From the IMG/VR virus record IMGVR_UViG_647533110_000001: 34,576 nucleotides of DNA; one strand, 5' to 3'. The notes below the pieces were generated by a model. The model saw only the letters and a list, made by a program, of their open reading frames with translations. It searched no databases and was not told the DNA's origin. How positions within the stretch are numbered: the stretch's first letter is position 1; every line of letters starts with the position of its first letter. This document shows, in pieces, positions 9,170 through 20,100 of the stretch. The stretch comes from a virus. Lineage: Duplodnaviria > Heunggongvirae > Uroviricota > Caudoviricetes. The position numbers and the translations under genes were made by a program.

Positions 9170-9340
9170 TTAGTTTTTCCAGCCTTCATCATTTTTCCAA
9201 GGAGATGAGTTAATCCAGAAACCAGATCCAAAGCAGGAACGTATAGATTGCCAAACTAATTTTGTCCCTATGTAAACTGCGGTAATTATTTTGTTACCAA
9301 CTCTTATTTGACTGACATCTTTACCATTTATCTGTATCAT
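9170..9340 (-). CDS. Small hypothetical protein (56 aa) upstream of the fibre gene
   Basis: Below the ORF-track cutoff. Translates as MIQINGKDVSQIRVGNKIITAVYIGTKLVWQSIRSCFGSGFWINSSPWKNDEGWKN. ATGA overlap with the upstream stop. Confidence 0.75.
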   Translation of the reverse strand: MIQINGKDVSQIRVGNKIITAVYIGTKLVWQSIRSCFGSGFWINSSPWKNDEGWKN

Positions 9341-9597
9341 TCTTCAAGTATGAAATACACGGTGTTTTCATCTTTGGATTCGATTTGTTCAAAAGCCTCT
9401 TCATTTTCAATTACATCAAATGAAAGATTACCTACTTGTTTTTTGAAGGAAAAGGTGTCATTTGAGTTATTGTTTACGGCATTTATCAATTGATTAAATT
9501 CGTGAGCTGTTAAACGTCCACGGTTATTAGTTCCATTGTTTTCTTGCTTATTATTAAAATCAAGCAGGTTAGGGGATTGCTCTTGTTCTGCCGCCAT
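9337..9597 (-). CDS. Small hypothetical tail-region protein (86 aa)
   Basis: ORF track; tightly packed in the operon (2 nt after the upstream stop, ATGA overlap downstream). Confidence 0.75.
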   Translation of the reverse strand: MAAEQEQSPNLLDFNNKQENNGTNNRGRLTAHEFNQLINAVNNNSNDTFSFKKQVGNLSFDVIENEEAFEQIESKDENTVYFILEE

Positions 9598-9599
9598 AC

Positions 9600-12014
9600 T
9601 TAAAATATTAAAGGGAATTCATACGGGAACATGTTACCGTTTAGAAGTTCACACATAAAACAGTCTTGTCCTGATATTCCATAATTTAATGTGATACTTG
9701 GTTTTGATCTATCAATTTCTTGTTGTACTATATTGCCTTCATTATCTCTTTGTTCTTTCCACCAATCAATCACTTCATTTTCCATATCAGGAAGATGATA
9801 CCTAGTCCACTTGAATATGTAGTTTTTAGCTACATAATCCGGATCAACTAGTTTACCTTGATAATAGACGTTAGCGGTTAAAACAGTTTGACAACTATTG
9901 TTTTTATATGATACTCCTTGACTGGAAGTAATTTCAAGTGAATAGCCCACTATATATTGTTTCCGTATTGTGAATGTAGCGGAATACTCTTCATCACTAA
10001 ATTTCACGATACAACGAACTGTTAGCGAGTTACCATTATCCCAATAAGGTTCAAAAGGCCATATTGTTAATGTCTTTCCATTTTCTCCTTCAAACGGTAT
10101 ATAATCATATCCTTGTAAATAATACCATTGTCGTTGACTGGAAGTAGACTGTAGGTTCTCTTCTTCCAGCGTTAAGGTAATGTCTGCCGGATTAGTAACA
10201 GGGTCGGCTCCTGTTAAGTCTCCTAAAAGAGTAAAGGTATCAGTTCCAACAATACGAATAGACTTACTGACTAATTCGTCTTTTACAGACTGGTCAAGGT
10301 TATCCCAAGTCATTGTCACATTTTTGCCAAATGTTACATCGCCATTTTTATTCCATTTAATATTTTTATTGGCAAAATGACCAGAACCATCTGTTTTGAT
10401 TAATACAGAATTACTACGAGTACCAATACTGCCTTCTCCGTCAAAATTTAATTGAAGCAATGGGTTCTGGATGGTCCCACCAATGCCACCACGATTAAAC
10501 CAAGCTCCATAATCCTCTGTGTAATTAAGTATAGTGTCAGTAGGTTGGTATTGTGTGACTAGTTCTCCTGCCTCTAATTGTGGTGAAGAAAAATAAAATA
10601 TTGATTCTCCTGCATTATCAGAGGTATCAAAAGTTGGGACAATGGATAGAACCAATGCTTCTTCTGCCTGTTTCGGAGCTTGTAATTCAAATGTTACCTT
10701 TTTACGAGACCATATATTCGTGTCAGCAATAGGTATTTGAACGGTTCCTATTGCTTTATCATTTTGTAAAATAGATAATTGACATGCTTGCCCCGCATAT
10801 ATCCAAAAAGAGAATGTATATTTTTTCCCGATATGTTGCGCGAACCACTCTTCAGATTGGGCTATCATGCTTATGATTTTAGAGGCACTATATACATTGC
10901 CGATTCCAGTAGGGTTTTCTATTTGAGTGTCAATAGTAATTGCAGATGTAAAATTAACATCTAAAGAATTAACGAATACATTCCTATGAATTTTTCCGGC
11001 ATAAAAAGTTGCAGCAAAACCATTCTCATCACCAGCAGTTAATGTTCCAGAAATATGAGCAGATTTTGAAGTAAAAAGTTTCTGTAAGTAACCTCCATAT
11101 CCTTCTAATTGACCAAATACCGGATCTGTTATTCCATTCAATTTGCCAACACGTATTTTACTGGCATCGCCAAAGTTAGCAACACTAGACAGTAAGATGA
11201 TATTGAAATCCGACACCCAAACTTCATCTGAAGGAGACATCTCACTTAAATCCAGTTTTACTGTTCGCAAATAACGTCCAGAATAATCGACAGTTATTGT
11301 GTGCAACTTATATTGCCAATCTGTTGTAATAGAAGTGGTTTCTTCTCCATCTGTTCTTGTTCCATCTTGGTATTCTAATGAAACTTTACAATTGACAGCT
11401 TTATTGGCTTTGATCTTATATGAAATAAGAACGCGGTTGGGGTTTTGAACATATTTGTAGAAATCTTGTTGTAGACCAATGAAACCGTAATATATAGCGT
11501 CATTTCTTTTAAAATGACAAATGCGATTATTGTCCGCTTCTGATAGTATGTAATCAGTGGTTACTGCTTCTGTTCCTCGTACTATATATTGTGATTCGGA
11601 ATCTTCATAATCAGGAGTTGCAATATTTGAAGGCCAACATAAACTCTCATTGCGTCCAATACCGTCAATCACATCCATATATGGGGCATTATCGTCAGAC
11701 CCAGTTAAATATATGGCTCCAGATCTATTTATATCAAACAGATTGGTAATTCTGGCAAAGTCTAAGATTTCTTCTGTTTTAGGCACATCGCCTTCTAACA
11801 GTGCTCCAATGAAATACTGTTTTTCGACAATATCATTTGTATTAGAATCTACAGTCTTATCTATTCCATAATCCAATACACACATTAACGAATAAATAAG
11901 ATTCTTTCCATCAAAATATTGTCTTCTAACTATATCCCCAGTCCGTAATCCTTGTGTCTTTTTAGAATCGGACTGGAGAGAAATTTTATATTTCTTGTAT
12001 TTATATACAGACAT
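9600..12014 (-). CDS. Tail/baseplate protein with two putative carbohydrate-binding (galactose-binding-like) modules
   Basis: The ORF track gives 9600..12065; ATG 12014 forms a TAATG overlap with the upstream gene. Beta-sandwich-like segments VLISYKIKA...WQYKLHTITVD and KYTFSFWIYA...WSRKKVTFE...SPQLEAGE. Confidence 0.6.
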   Translation of the reverse strand: MSVYKYKKYKISLQSDSKKTQGLRTGDIVRRQYFDGKNLIYSLMCVLDYGIDKTVDSNTNDIVEKQYFIGALLEGDVPKTEEILDFARITNLFDINRSGAIYLTGSDDNAPYMDVIDGIGRNESLCWPSNIATPDYEDSESQYIVRGTEAVTTDYILSEADNNRICHFKRNDAIYYGFIGLQQDFYKYVQNPNRVLISYKIKANKAVNCKVSLEYQDGTRTDGEETTSITTDWQYKLHTITVDYSGRYLRTVKLDLSEMSPSDEVWVSDFNIILLSSVANFGDASKIRVGKLNGITDPVFGQLEGYGGYLQKLFTSKSAHISGTLTAGDENGFAATFYAGKIHRNVFVNSLDVNFTSAITIDTQIENPTGIGNVYSASKIISMIAQSEEWFAQHIGKKYTFSFWIYAGQACQLSILQNDKAIGTVQIPIADTNIWSRKKVTFELQAPKQAEEALVLSIVPTFDTSDNAGESIFYFSSPQLEAGELVTQYQPTDTILNYTEDYGAWFNRGGIGGTIQNPLLQLNFDGEGSIGTRSNSVLIKTDGSGHFANKNIKWNKNGDVTFGKNVTMTWDNLDQSVKDELVSKSIRIVGTDTFTLLGDLTGADPVTNPADITLTLEEENLQSTSSQRQWYYLQGYDYIPFEGENGKTLTIWPFEPYWDNGNSLTVRCIVKFSDEEYSATFTIRKQYIVGYSLEITSSQGVSYKNNSCQTVLTANVYYQGKLVDPDYVAKNYIFKWTRYHLPDMENEVIDWWKEQRDNEGNIVQQEIDRSKPSITLNYGISGQDCFMCELLNGNMFPYEFPLIF

Positions 12015-13693
12015 TATGATATTTCTTCTACTAAGTCTCCGGAACAGGCATCGCTGACCCACCAAGACCCGTTAGTCACTGATTGTTTCTGCACTTCCAA
12101 TTCGTATATTCTCATTTTTTTACGAATTGTCAGATCATCAAATGTTGCACTGGTGTTGCCGGTCAATTTGTTTTGAATGATACCCCAGCCATTTCCGGCA
12201 AAACCACTGGAAAAAGTGACAGAACCTATGTCGTTGACAAAATAGGCATTACCATAGTGCTTAACTCCATTATCTAAAGCCAACCAATAGATTGAATCAT
12301 CAAAGAATAGCTCGTTGGGGAGGAGGCGGGTTTTAGAATCTGCTATTCCAATTGATTTTTTTCCTTCAATCGGTTTGTCAAAAACAAAAAAATCAGCATC
12401 TGTAGAAAACATTAAGCTGGATGATTTTCGATTTAATGGGGCATATAAACTTAACGATTCTACATAGCCAAATGATGATTTTATTATTTCAGAGATTTGT
12501 ACTGTATCGTCATCAGCTACTTTATTATATTTAAATGGAGCTTCAAAAAATACGCTATCACCATCACTGTAAAATCCTGGTCCATCTTCTGATTTTAATC
12601 TAATATAACGTCTGAATATTACACCAGAATCTTCAGACGATTTTTTATATGTTTCAATCAATATATTCCCTAGATTGTGTCCTGCCTTAAATGATTCTGG
12701 GAAATATGCAGAACCAAATTTTGAAATCATTTCATATTCACCATCATCATCATAAATACTGGTTTGCAGGTTGATTTGTTTGGTATTATCGTCTCCCAGA
12801 TTTAATATTTTGTTAGACGCAGAAAATGAGATAACATTGTTATTCTTGACATGAATAATGTAATTATCATCAAATTTTATGCCTCCTGTTACAATATTTA
12901 AGTCCCCCGTTAATTGAGCTAACCGTTTGGCAGAAATAGACAATACACTTGTATTATCAAATCCCAGATCTACACCATGCAAGGCGGTAATGCCAGATTG
13001 GAATGTGCTTGTACCTTTTACAGACAAGTTTCCGGCAACCGTTCCATCTTTCATGGTCCAGCTTACATCTTCTTTATTTGAATTCCCAGAATGATAAAAC
13101 TCGTTTCCTTGATAGCTAATGCCATCCTTGGATATTTCTAAATCTCCAAGTCTAATATATCCACTACAAATAACATCGCCGTTTAATGCGATTATATCAT
13201 TATCATAACTTATAACATTACAACCGTTAATGTATAATCCATGTGTGGGGAGATGCAATTCACCGTTAATAGAAACTATATTTTTTCGCTCTTGTGGATT
13301 ACTTTCGGACGTTTGGTAAACATCCAATATTTTTATTCCATTGTCTCCGGCTGTAAAACCATACAATGCCTTTAATAAACCGGCCATAGAGTCACCATTT
13401 ATGGAAACAAACCCACCGGTGCCACTTCCGCCGCCTTCTTCACTGCTTAAACTACTTATAATAGTATTTGCTAATAGATATGCAGAGTTCTTTCTGGTTA
13501 TATTTTCATATTCATGTATTTCAAGATTGATTTTTTCTTCATTCACGACATAACCATCCACATAATCCGAACCTGTAAAATCTGGAAGTGTTTCGTGTGA
13601 AGCTTGTTCCATCCCTGTTAAGAGTCGATTGTACATTGTTTCCAATGCACTACCTTTCTTAATTTGTGATATACCTTCATTTAACTTTGCCAT
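12014..13693 (-). CDS. Hypothetical tail/baseplate structural protein (559 aa)
   Basis: Long ORF coupled to both neighbours by overlapping stop/start codons; Gly/Asn/Ser-rich and beta-strand-like. Function inferred from position. Confidence 0.55.
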   Translation of the reverse strand: MAKLNEGISQIKKGSALETMYNRLLTGMEQASHETLPDFTGSDYVDGYVVNEEKINLEIHEYENITRKNSAYLLANTIISSLSSEEGGGSGTGGFVSINGDSMAGLLKALYGFTAGDNGIKILDVYQTSESNPQERKNIVSINGELHLPTHGLYINGCNVISYDNDIIALNGDVICSGYIRLGDLEISKDGISYQGNEFYHSGNSNKEDVSWTMKDGTVAGNLSVKGTSTFQSGITALHGVDLGFDNTSVLSISAKRLAQLTGDLNIVTGGIKFDDNYIIHVKNNNVISFSASNKILNLGDDNTKQINLQTSIYDDDGEYEMISKFGSAYFPESFKAGHNLGNILIETYKKSSEDSGVIFRRYIRLKSEDGPGFYSDGDSVFFEAPFKYNKVADDDTVQISEIIKSSFGYVESLSLYAPLNRKSSSLMFSTDADFFVFDKPIEGKKSIGIADSKTRLLPNELFFDDSIYWLALDNGVKHYGNAYFVNDIGSVTFSSGFAGNGWGIIQNKLTGNTSATFDDLTIRKKMRIYELEVQKQSVTNGSWWVSDACSGDLVEEIS

Positions 13694-14607
13694 TATTCTG
13701 CCACTTTTACGGTTTTTGATAAAAATCCTGATATAGATGCTTTATAGGAGTTAACTTTTGCTTGAAGGGATACAAACTTTGCCAAATTAGCTGGAGGTTG
13801 AGGTCCCATCATAGTTGGGGTCATCATTTGAGATAATGCTCCTAGCCAGTCAACCAATAAAGTTGCTAATTGATTTCCAAGTACTGCTGGTTCATTGGCA
13901 CTACCGCTACCCAAATACACTCCATCTTCTTTGATTATAATTTCTTTTGCATTATATTTTGCCAAAATTTGTTGGGCATCAAGAAGTATTTGACTTTTAT
14001 CATGTTGGGATAAAATATCATCAGCGGTTATTTTGAATATACTTTTATCACTTTCTCCTTCTCCTTTAGCAACTTCCGACAATATCGAAACAGGGGTATA
14101 AGTCGTGTGAGCATGAACACCTGTCTTTTCCAATTCATCTACATCTGGAGTATCCTCTGAATCTTCCCATTCTTTTGTTTCTGTTGCTCCAATAATTACT
14201 TTGTTATGCGCGTCTACTTGTATTGTGTCTGCATGAGAGTATTGAATAACATATTCGCGTAATGTTTCAGGGTCTGTTGTTATTACGACATCCGAATAAA
14301 GATAGGGGATAACCACTAAACCATTTTCATTATTTTGAATGGCTGAAAGATATACGCCTTCATGTAAACCAACTGGAAGCCCGTCATCAATAGCCTGTTT
14401 GTCTGTAAGTGTATGAGTATATTCCTGTACATCAACAGTTCCGCACAGTTCTCCATCTGTATGTATTTTAACAACAAAACCAGATATTTTGGCTGTGTTT
14501 TTTATAACGTTATTTCGTGGGTTTACCAATTTATGAAATGCAATTTGTCGTATAGCATCATAAATAGCACTGTTTGCGCTTAAATCGCTTGTAATTTTAT
14601 CTGCCAT
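13693..14607 (-). CDS. Probable baseplate spike (gpV/Mu gp45-like)
   Basis: Follows the hub-like gene. N-terminal OB-fold-like region and C-terminal EPAVLGNQLATLL segment. Start more likely ATG 14607 than 14634. Confidence 0.55.
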   Translation of the reverse strand: MADKITSDLSANSAIYDAIRQIAFHKLVNPRNNVIKNTAKISGFVVKIHTDGELCGTVDVQEYTHTLTDKQAIDDGLPVGLHEGVYLSAIQNNENGLVVIPYLYSDVVITTDPETLREYVIQYSHADTIQVDAHNKVIIGATETKEWEDSEDTPDVDELEKTGVHAHTTYTPVSILSEVAKGEGESDKSIFKITADDILSQHDKSQILLDAQQILAKYNAKEIIIKEDGVYLGSGSANEPAVLGNQLATLLVDWLGALSQMMTPTMMGPQPPANLAKFVSLQAKVNSYKASISGFLSKTVKVAE

Positions 14608-16072
14608 AGTTTTGTTCTTTTTCTGGTTTGGCAATACAGTAGGGGAGTTTTAAAGTCTGCCTAAAACCGTTAACACCAAATTTTGTGTTGATTTCTTCAA
14701 TAAGATACCAACCTTGTTTTTCAGGTTCGCGTTTATCAAGTAAAACGACTTTCATTCCAGATTCCAAATGCCTCATGCCTAAATTAGTTCTGTGTAAATC
14801 TCCGAAGATAGTAATACTACCCTCAACGCCATTTCTATTATATCCTTCAAAAAATGCCTCGGCTTCTTTTATTAATTCGTCCTCGCTAATGCCAATTTTG
14901 GATGATACATAAGGGATAACGTTGTACGCACTTAGGTTTACTCTATCCTTAGTCTTTGATTTGGGGATAGCTCCAAGTTTTAGGGATTTCTTGCTAAGTT
15001 TTGTTTCATTCAGAATTTGGAATTTCTTATGTTCTGTATCATTTTGTCCGGTCCATTCTGGATTTAAACGAACTGTTACATTATACTTGATTTGTTTGTT
15101 ACCCTCAAACTTGAATCCTTCAGCGGAGACCGCTAAATATCGGGGATCACAATTCATCAAAGTTAAATTGTCTTGGGCTACATGATAATCAAACTGTATT
15201 TGAGGAGTATCAGAACTTCCATCTGTATTTAAAATAGAGCTGGCAACATTTCCTGATAAATAAGTATGCCCTACCATAACATAAGGAGTTCCATCTGTAT
15301 CTTTCCTAATAAAACTATATAGCCCGTATTTATTCCATTCTGTTAATACATCCGCAACTGTCAAATCTTCCGTTAACTGAATCTTGCCAATATTAATGTC
15401 CCTTTCTGCTGTTTTGGGATGCAATTTTAACCCTGTTCCTTTTAATAAATCGTATTTTCCTCCCTCTTTCAACAAATCGTTTACTGTAACAGTCATTGGG
15501 CCTAATTTAACGACATTTTTTCGTTTTAGCCCACTTGCCAGATTCTCACATTTGATTTCAATAGGTGTGCTTACACTGCATTTTACGATATAACCGTCAA
15601 AATCGGGAACGTTCTTGACAAATGCCTCTTTCTCCATTGCTTGAAGTCTCTCGGTCGCATTTTTGAAGACCTTTCCTCTATCTTTATAATAGCCTAAATA
15701 TATCCGGATACGTTGTCCTACCTTAAAATCAGTCGGCTGGGCTGTCGAATATCCTTTTCGCTTTTCTACAACTGTACCGTCTATTAAACGCTCTGTATAA
15801 ACAGTAGTTGCACCTTCTTTTTCTATGTTCTCGGAAGTTATAGTGCGTTTAATTACGGTTCCTCTTGGGAATCTGACGGAAGCTGAATTAATAAGCTTCT
15901 TATAAGTATCATTTATCTCAATGCTTTCACATTCCCGGATAACAAGGCATTTATTTTCATCTGGATCGTTAATCTCTATAACGTCACTATTAGCTTCCCA
16001 TATTAGGATTTTACAGCACAATATATCAAGGCATTCTTTACCATCTATAATTATTGCTTCTGGAAGTTTCAT
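14597..16072 (-). CDS. Probable baseplate hub (late-control D/Mu gp44-like)
   Basis: Position two genes after the tape measure. The C-terminal G.ITIFG...GMKVVL.D...GWYLIEEINTKFGVNGFRQTLKL pattern is typical of hub proteins. Confidence 0.6.
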   Translation of the reverse strand: MKLPEAIIIDGKECLDILCCKILIWEANSDVIEINDPDENKCLVIRECESIEINDTYKKLINSASVRFPRGTVIKRTITSENIEKEGATTVYTERLIDGTVVEKRKGYSTAQPTDFKVGQRIRIYLGYYKDRGKVFKNATERLQAMEKEAFVKNVPDFDGYIVKCSVSTPIEIKCENLASGLKRKNVVKLGPMTVTVNDLLKEGGKYDLLKGTGLKLHPKTAERDINIGKIQLTEDLTVADVLTEWNKYGLYSFIRKDTDGTPYVMVGHTYLSGNVASSILNTDGSSDTPQIQFDYHVAQDNLTLMNCDPRYLAVSAEGFKFEGNKQIKYNVTVRLNPEWTGQNDTEHKKFQILNETKLSKKSLKLGAIPKSKTKDRVNLSAYNVIPYVSSKIGISEDELIKEAEAFFEGYNRNGVEGSITIFGDLHRTNLGMRHLESGMKVVLLDKREPEKQGWYLIEEINTKFGVNGFRQTLKLPYCIAKPEKEQNYGR

Positions 16073-16074
16073 AC

Positions 16075-17115
16075 TTAAATGGTGTTAGAAGTTAATGATT
16101 CAATCATTTGAGCGGCTTGATTAGCAGCAGATGCTTTAACCTTATCAAGAAGAACTTTGGCCCAACCTTGTTTTTTCATTTGAGAGATTTCAAGGTTTGT
16201 TCCATTTATGGTATCTTGCACTACATTAACCGCGTCATCCGGTTCAACGGCAACACATGTAAAACTATATGGTTGAACATTCTTAAAGCCTTCATTTTGC
16301 CCCATATTGAAGTCTTTTATCAGAATTTGTGTCACATTGAACTGTTGAAACATGAGATTAAATACCTGGATAACTCCTTTATGTTGCATCAATGTTATAA
16401 ATTTGGAAACTTCTGCATACGGATATACATCCGGATAATTGCTAACAATCTTTCCTGTTACAGTAAAATTTATATCGCCTCCTGAAATCAATTCTTTACG
16501 TGAATAATCTCTTCCTTGTACCTTGGTTAATACAAGATTGTTAGAACTTTGTGCTTGCACTATAGCACCTAAGTCTAAGAAAACAGGATCGCCTGGCACC
16601 TTTACTTCCGTAGCAGTGTTAAGTGATGAACTGGCAGCAGCTTCATTACTTAATCCTTTTATTTTATCCCAATAAGTATTGAATTGAACCGTTTGAACCT
16701 GGCCGCTTTCATTTTTAATCCAAAGAAGTAAACCTTCATTGGCAGGTTTGCCCTGATACTTTAATACAACCCCTTGTTTATTAAAGGTATCTTCATCTGC
16801 CTTCTGACCGTTCGTTATGATTTTCTGAAGCTCTTGACCTTGGTTCTTCTGATAGGCTGCGGTGGCATTCTTTCTGTCCAACTGGCGTATATATTTGGGA
16901 TAAAGATCGTTGATGGTAGCAAAAGTCATTTGCATCATCGTTCTTTTGGCTGCATAAACAAATACATTACTATATCCTCTATTGGATATAAATTTCAATT
17001 GTCCATCTCTTTTTCTATAATTAGCTGCATAAAAGGCGGCATTCACACCGGTGTTTGCCAGCCCTTTACCAACATTAATCGTTAAATTAGAAAATGTAGA
17101 GCTTATAAAACTCAT
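16075..17115 (-). CDS. Probable tail tube initiator/baseplate protein (DUF6046-like)
   Basis: Immediately after the tape measure. The motif SNNLVLTKVQGRDYSRKELISGGDINFTVTG resembles Bacteroidota phage DUF6046-like proteins. Confidence 0.5.
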   Translation of the reverse strand: MSFISSTFSNLTINVGKGLANTGVNAAFYAANYRKRDGQLKFISNRGYSNVFVYAAKRTMMQMTFATINDLYPKYIRQLDRKNATAAYQKNQGQELQKIITNGQKADEDTFNKQGVVLKYQGKPANEGLLLWIKNESGQVQTVQFNTYWDKIKGLSNEAAASSSLNTATEVKVPGDPVFLDLGAIVQAQSSNNLVLTKVQGRDYSRKELISGGDINFTVTGKIVSNYPDVYPYAEVSKFITLMQHKGVIQVFNLMFQQFNVTQILIKDFNMGQNEGFKNVQPYSFTCVAVEPDDAVNVVQDTINGTNLEISQMKKQGWAKVLLDKVKASAANQAAQMIESLTSNTI

Positions 17116-17116
17116 A

Positions 17117-20100
17117 TTACATCATATTTGCATTAAAATCTTGAACTACATCTAACAAGGCGGTTGCTAATTCTTGTTTTACGTTTGCTATTGCCGCAAC
17201 TTGTCTATCATCTGTCATATCAATTGTTTGATGCTCCACGTGCATTAGATTTTCTATTCGTACTATTAATTGCTTAGGAGCTGCATTATAATTATTATGA
17301 CTCCTATATTGAGACTGGTCGGCTCCGTTATGAAGGCTGGAAGCTAAATCTTGCTCTTTGTTACCAGTCGTAGGGTCCCACTTAAATGTATCTTTAGCAT
17401 TTTTAGGGGTATATATTTTCCCACTTTTATCTACCCACTGTGGAGTAGCGTATGGAGCTATTGTTTTAGCTATATATTGTGCCCCGTCAAAAATCGCTTT
17501 ATCACCTTCTTTCTGTGGACCATAAAAACCGCCCGTAGGAAGAACATCTCCTTCAGAAAGAAGATTTTGAATCGGTATTCTATTTATGAACGGAGCGAAC
17601 AAAGATTTATGTCCGGAATACAAATCGTTATACCAAGAAACTAACTTATCAAAGGTTTCAGTAATATAATCTATTGCTTCTTGTTGACTTTCTAGTTTAT
17701 ATTTCCCCGGATTGTTAACAATATCTTGTACATGCTTTGACCATCCTTCTGTTCCAAATAGCCCTTTAGTTGGATCAAACAACGGCCCAAATAACCCTTG
17801 TAATACTTTCTGGGTTCTTGTTGGATCTATTGTTTCTCCAGACTCAAAATCTTTAAGAATTGAAGCGTAATCATCCCATGCACTTATTGTTCCTTTCATA
17901 ATTTGAGCTAGATGACGTATATATGCTTGTGAGCGATGTACATCACCTTCGGTCATCTTATCATGGAATGTTTCTGTGCTAATCCAGTCCCATCGAGAAT
18001 CCCAACTACCCATCTTAGGTATAAATCTATCTGCTGCATTCTTTAGTATATTCGATAGATCTTCCGAACTACGAGCAGAAGTGGCATTGTGCAAAAGATA
18101 TTTGCTCAAAGCCATATTCTCTTTAGAATTATGGTCTGCTAATTGGGCCAGCATCATTTGGACGGCCACTTGTTCGCTTATATCTCCGTTTTTTGCAAAA
18201 ATATTAGTATTGGTTCCACTTAAAGTACGGCCATGTAACTCATACGCATAATAATTTTCACCGTTCAGACCTTTTTTGACAGTCTGTTTCATTCCCAGTG
18301 CGCCGGATAATGACTGGAAGGCTTTATCTACACCTGTCCATTGGTCTGCGGCTTCTAATCGTTTTAGTAATTCCGGGTCTCTACCTGCGGCTGTGTCAAA
18401 GAATTTGGTTTGGTCGTCTACACTTTGTTTGGGACCATTCTTTTCTATCCAGTAACGATGCCATAATTCAGCGGATTGAGCAATACGCTCGTTTTGGGTT
18501 AACAATTCATTATTGAAAATACGCATATTTCCAATCATTAAGGCATCTGGATCGGATAGATTCAACTTGTCAACATTCAAATTACGATAGCTTTGTGCCC
18601 ATGCTTCATTAGCTTGGCGAGCAGCTTCTGTTATTTTATATGCATCATAAATTTTATAACCTATATAAGTGATAGCTCCTGCTGCCATTACCCCCCAACC
18701 AATTGGATTAGTTAAGAAAAAACGTGAAAACCCTTTTATTGCTCCCCATAATGTTGTATTGCCTATTTCCGTGAGGGTATTTATAGTCTTATTACTACTA
18801 TTTGCTACAACATTACCGACTGTACTTCCTCCAACAAACCATTGTTTAATTTTACTTCCACCATGTAGTAAACCTCCACCTAACGCATTGAATATAGCCT
18901 GTCCTTTATTTAAATTATGGCGGCTTTTTTCTATATTATATATACGTACCATATAGGTAAGTGCGGTAAATAGCGGTTTTAAAAAGAATTTAGACAACCA
19001 ATCTCCCATAAACAATCCACGAATCATTAATGTCGTACTCCATATACTTTGAACTACGCCTGCTGCAATTCCTAACGACATTTGGATTCTTATAAAATAT
19101 TGAAGAACGGTCTTCCCCCAATTTGGTATCCAGTTCCAGACAGTCATAATGCCTTTAAACACACCAACAATAACATTTGCTATTTTCAAAAACATGTCCA
19201 TTGCATTTCTCAATGCAGTTGCAAACTCTGTGGATTTCATTAACTCAATCATGCGTTGCAGGAAGTCTCGTATTACTCCTTGCATTTGTTCAAACCCTTG
19301 CATTCCAGTTTCTGTAAATGCCGAGGTCATCTGATACCAAAGACCCTGTATGGTGTTTTTCTTTTCGTCGGCAAGGTCGGATGCAAGCCCCATTGACTTT
19401 TTATTGAGTCCGGTTACTTCTTGCATTTTTGCTACATTATTTATTAATGCTAGTGCACCTGGAGCCGCTGTTACCCGAAACATCTTGTTGATTAGTGTTG
19501 AGAAATCACCAGCACTCATGGTTTGCTGTTTTTCATGTAAATCACTTAAAATGTCAGAGAGATTCCGAAGATTTCCGTTTTTATCTTTTGTGTTGATGCC
19601 TAATATGTCCCATGCTTCTTGACCTCTTTTAGTAGGGTTCATCATATTTAATAGCATCATACGTAACGTAGTACCTGCGTGAGAACCTTTGATACCGGCA
19701 TCGCCTAATACACCAAAAGCTGCCGAAGCAGTTTCAAAATTTAACCCTGATTGATGGGCGACAGTACCGGCATATTTAAATGATTCAGCTAATTCTAACA
19801 ATGTTGTATTCGTTTTTGTGAACGTCATCGTAAGAATGTCTGCTGTGTTATCCATCTGTTTTGCTGGGATTTCATAAGCGGTCATAATGTTGGTTACAAC
19901 ATCCGCTGTTTCTCCCAAGTCTGTATCACCTACTAGTGCAATATCTGATATAGGCCGGATAGCATGTTTTATTTGATCGACATCATATCCTGCCATAGCT
20001 AAGAACTTTCCAGCTGATGCAACTTGTGGGGCTGTATATTTAGTCTCAACACCGACTTGGCGCATGAGCTGGTTCATTTCATTAAACCGACCTTCAAACC

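Noticed and set aside
12303-12333. CTATTCTT with AAACC one base further upstream inside the 559-aa gene
   Set aside because: The spacing is off by one and it is about 290 nt from the next start; it may be coincidental.
16502-16528. Additional exact AACC-N18-TATTC core inside the DUF6046-like gene
   Set aside because: It is about 430 nt from the next start and has non-consensus flanks; one chance hit is plausible. Not counted as a promoter.
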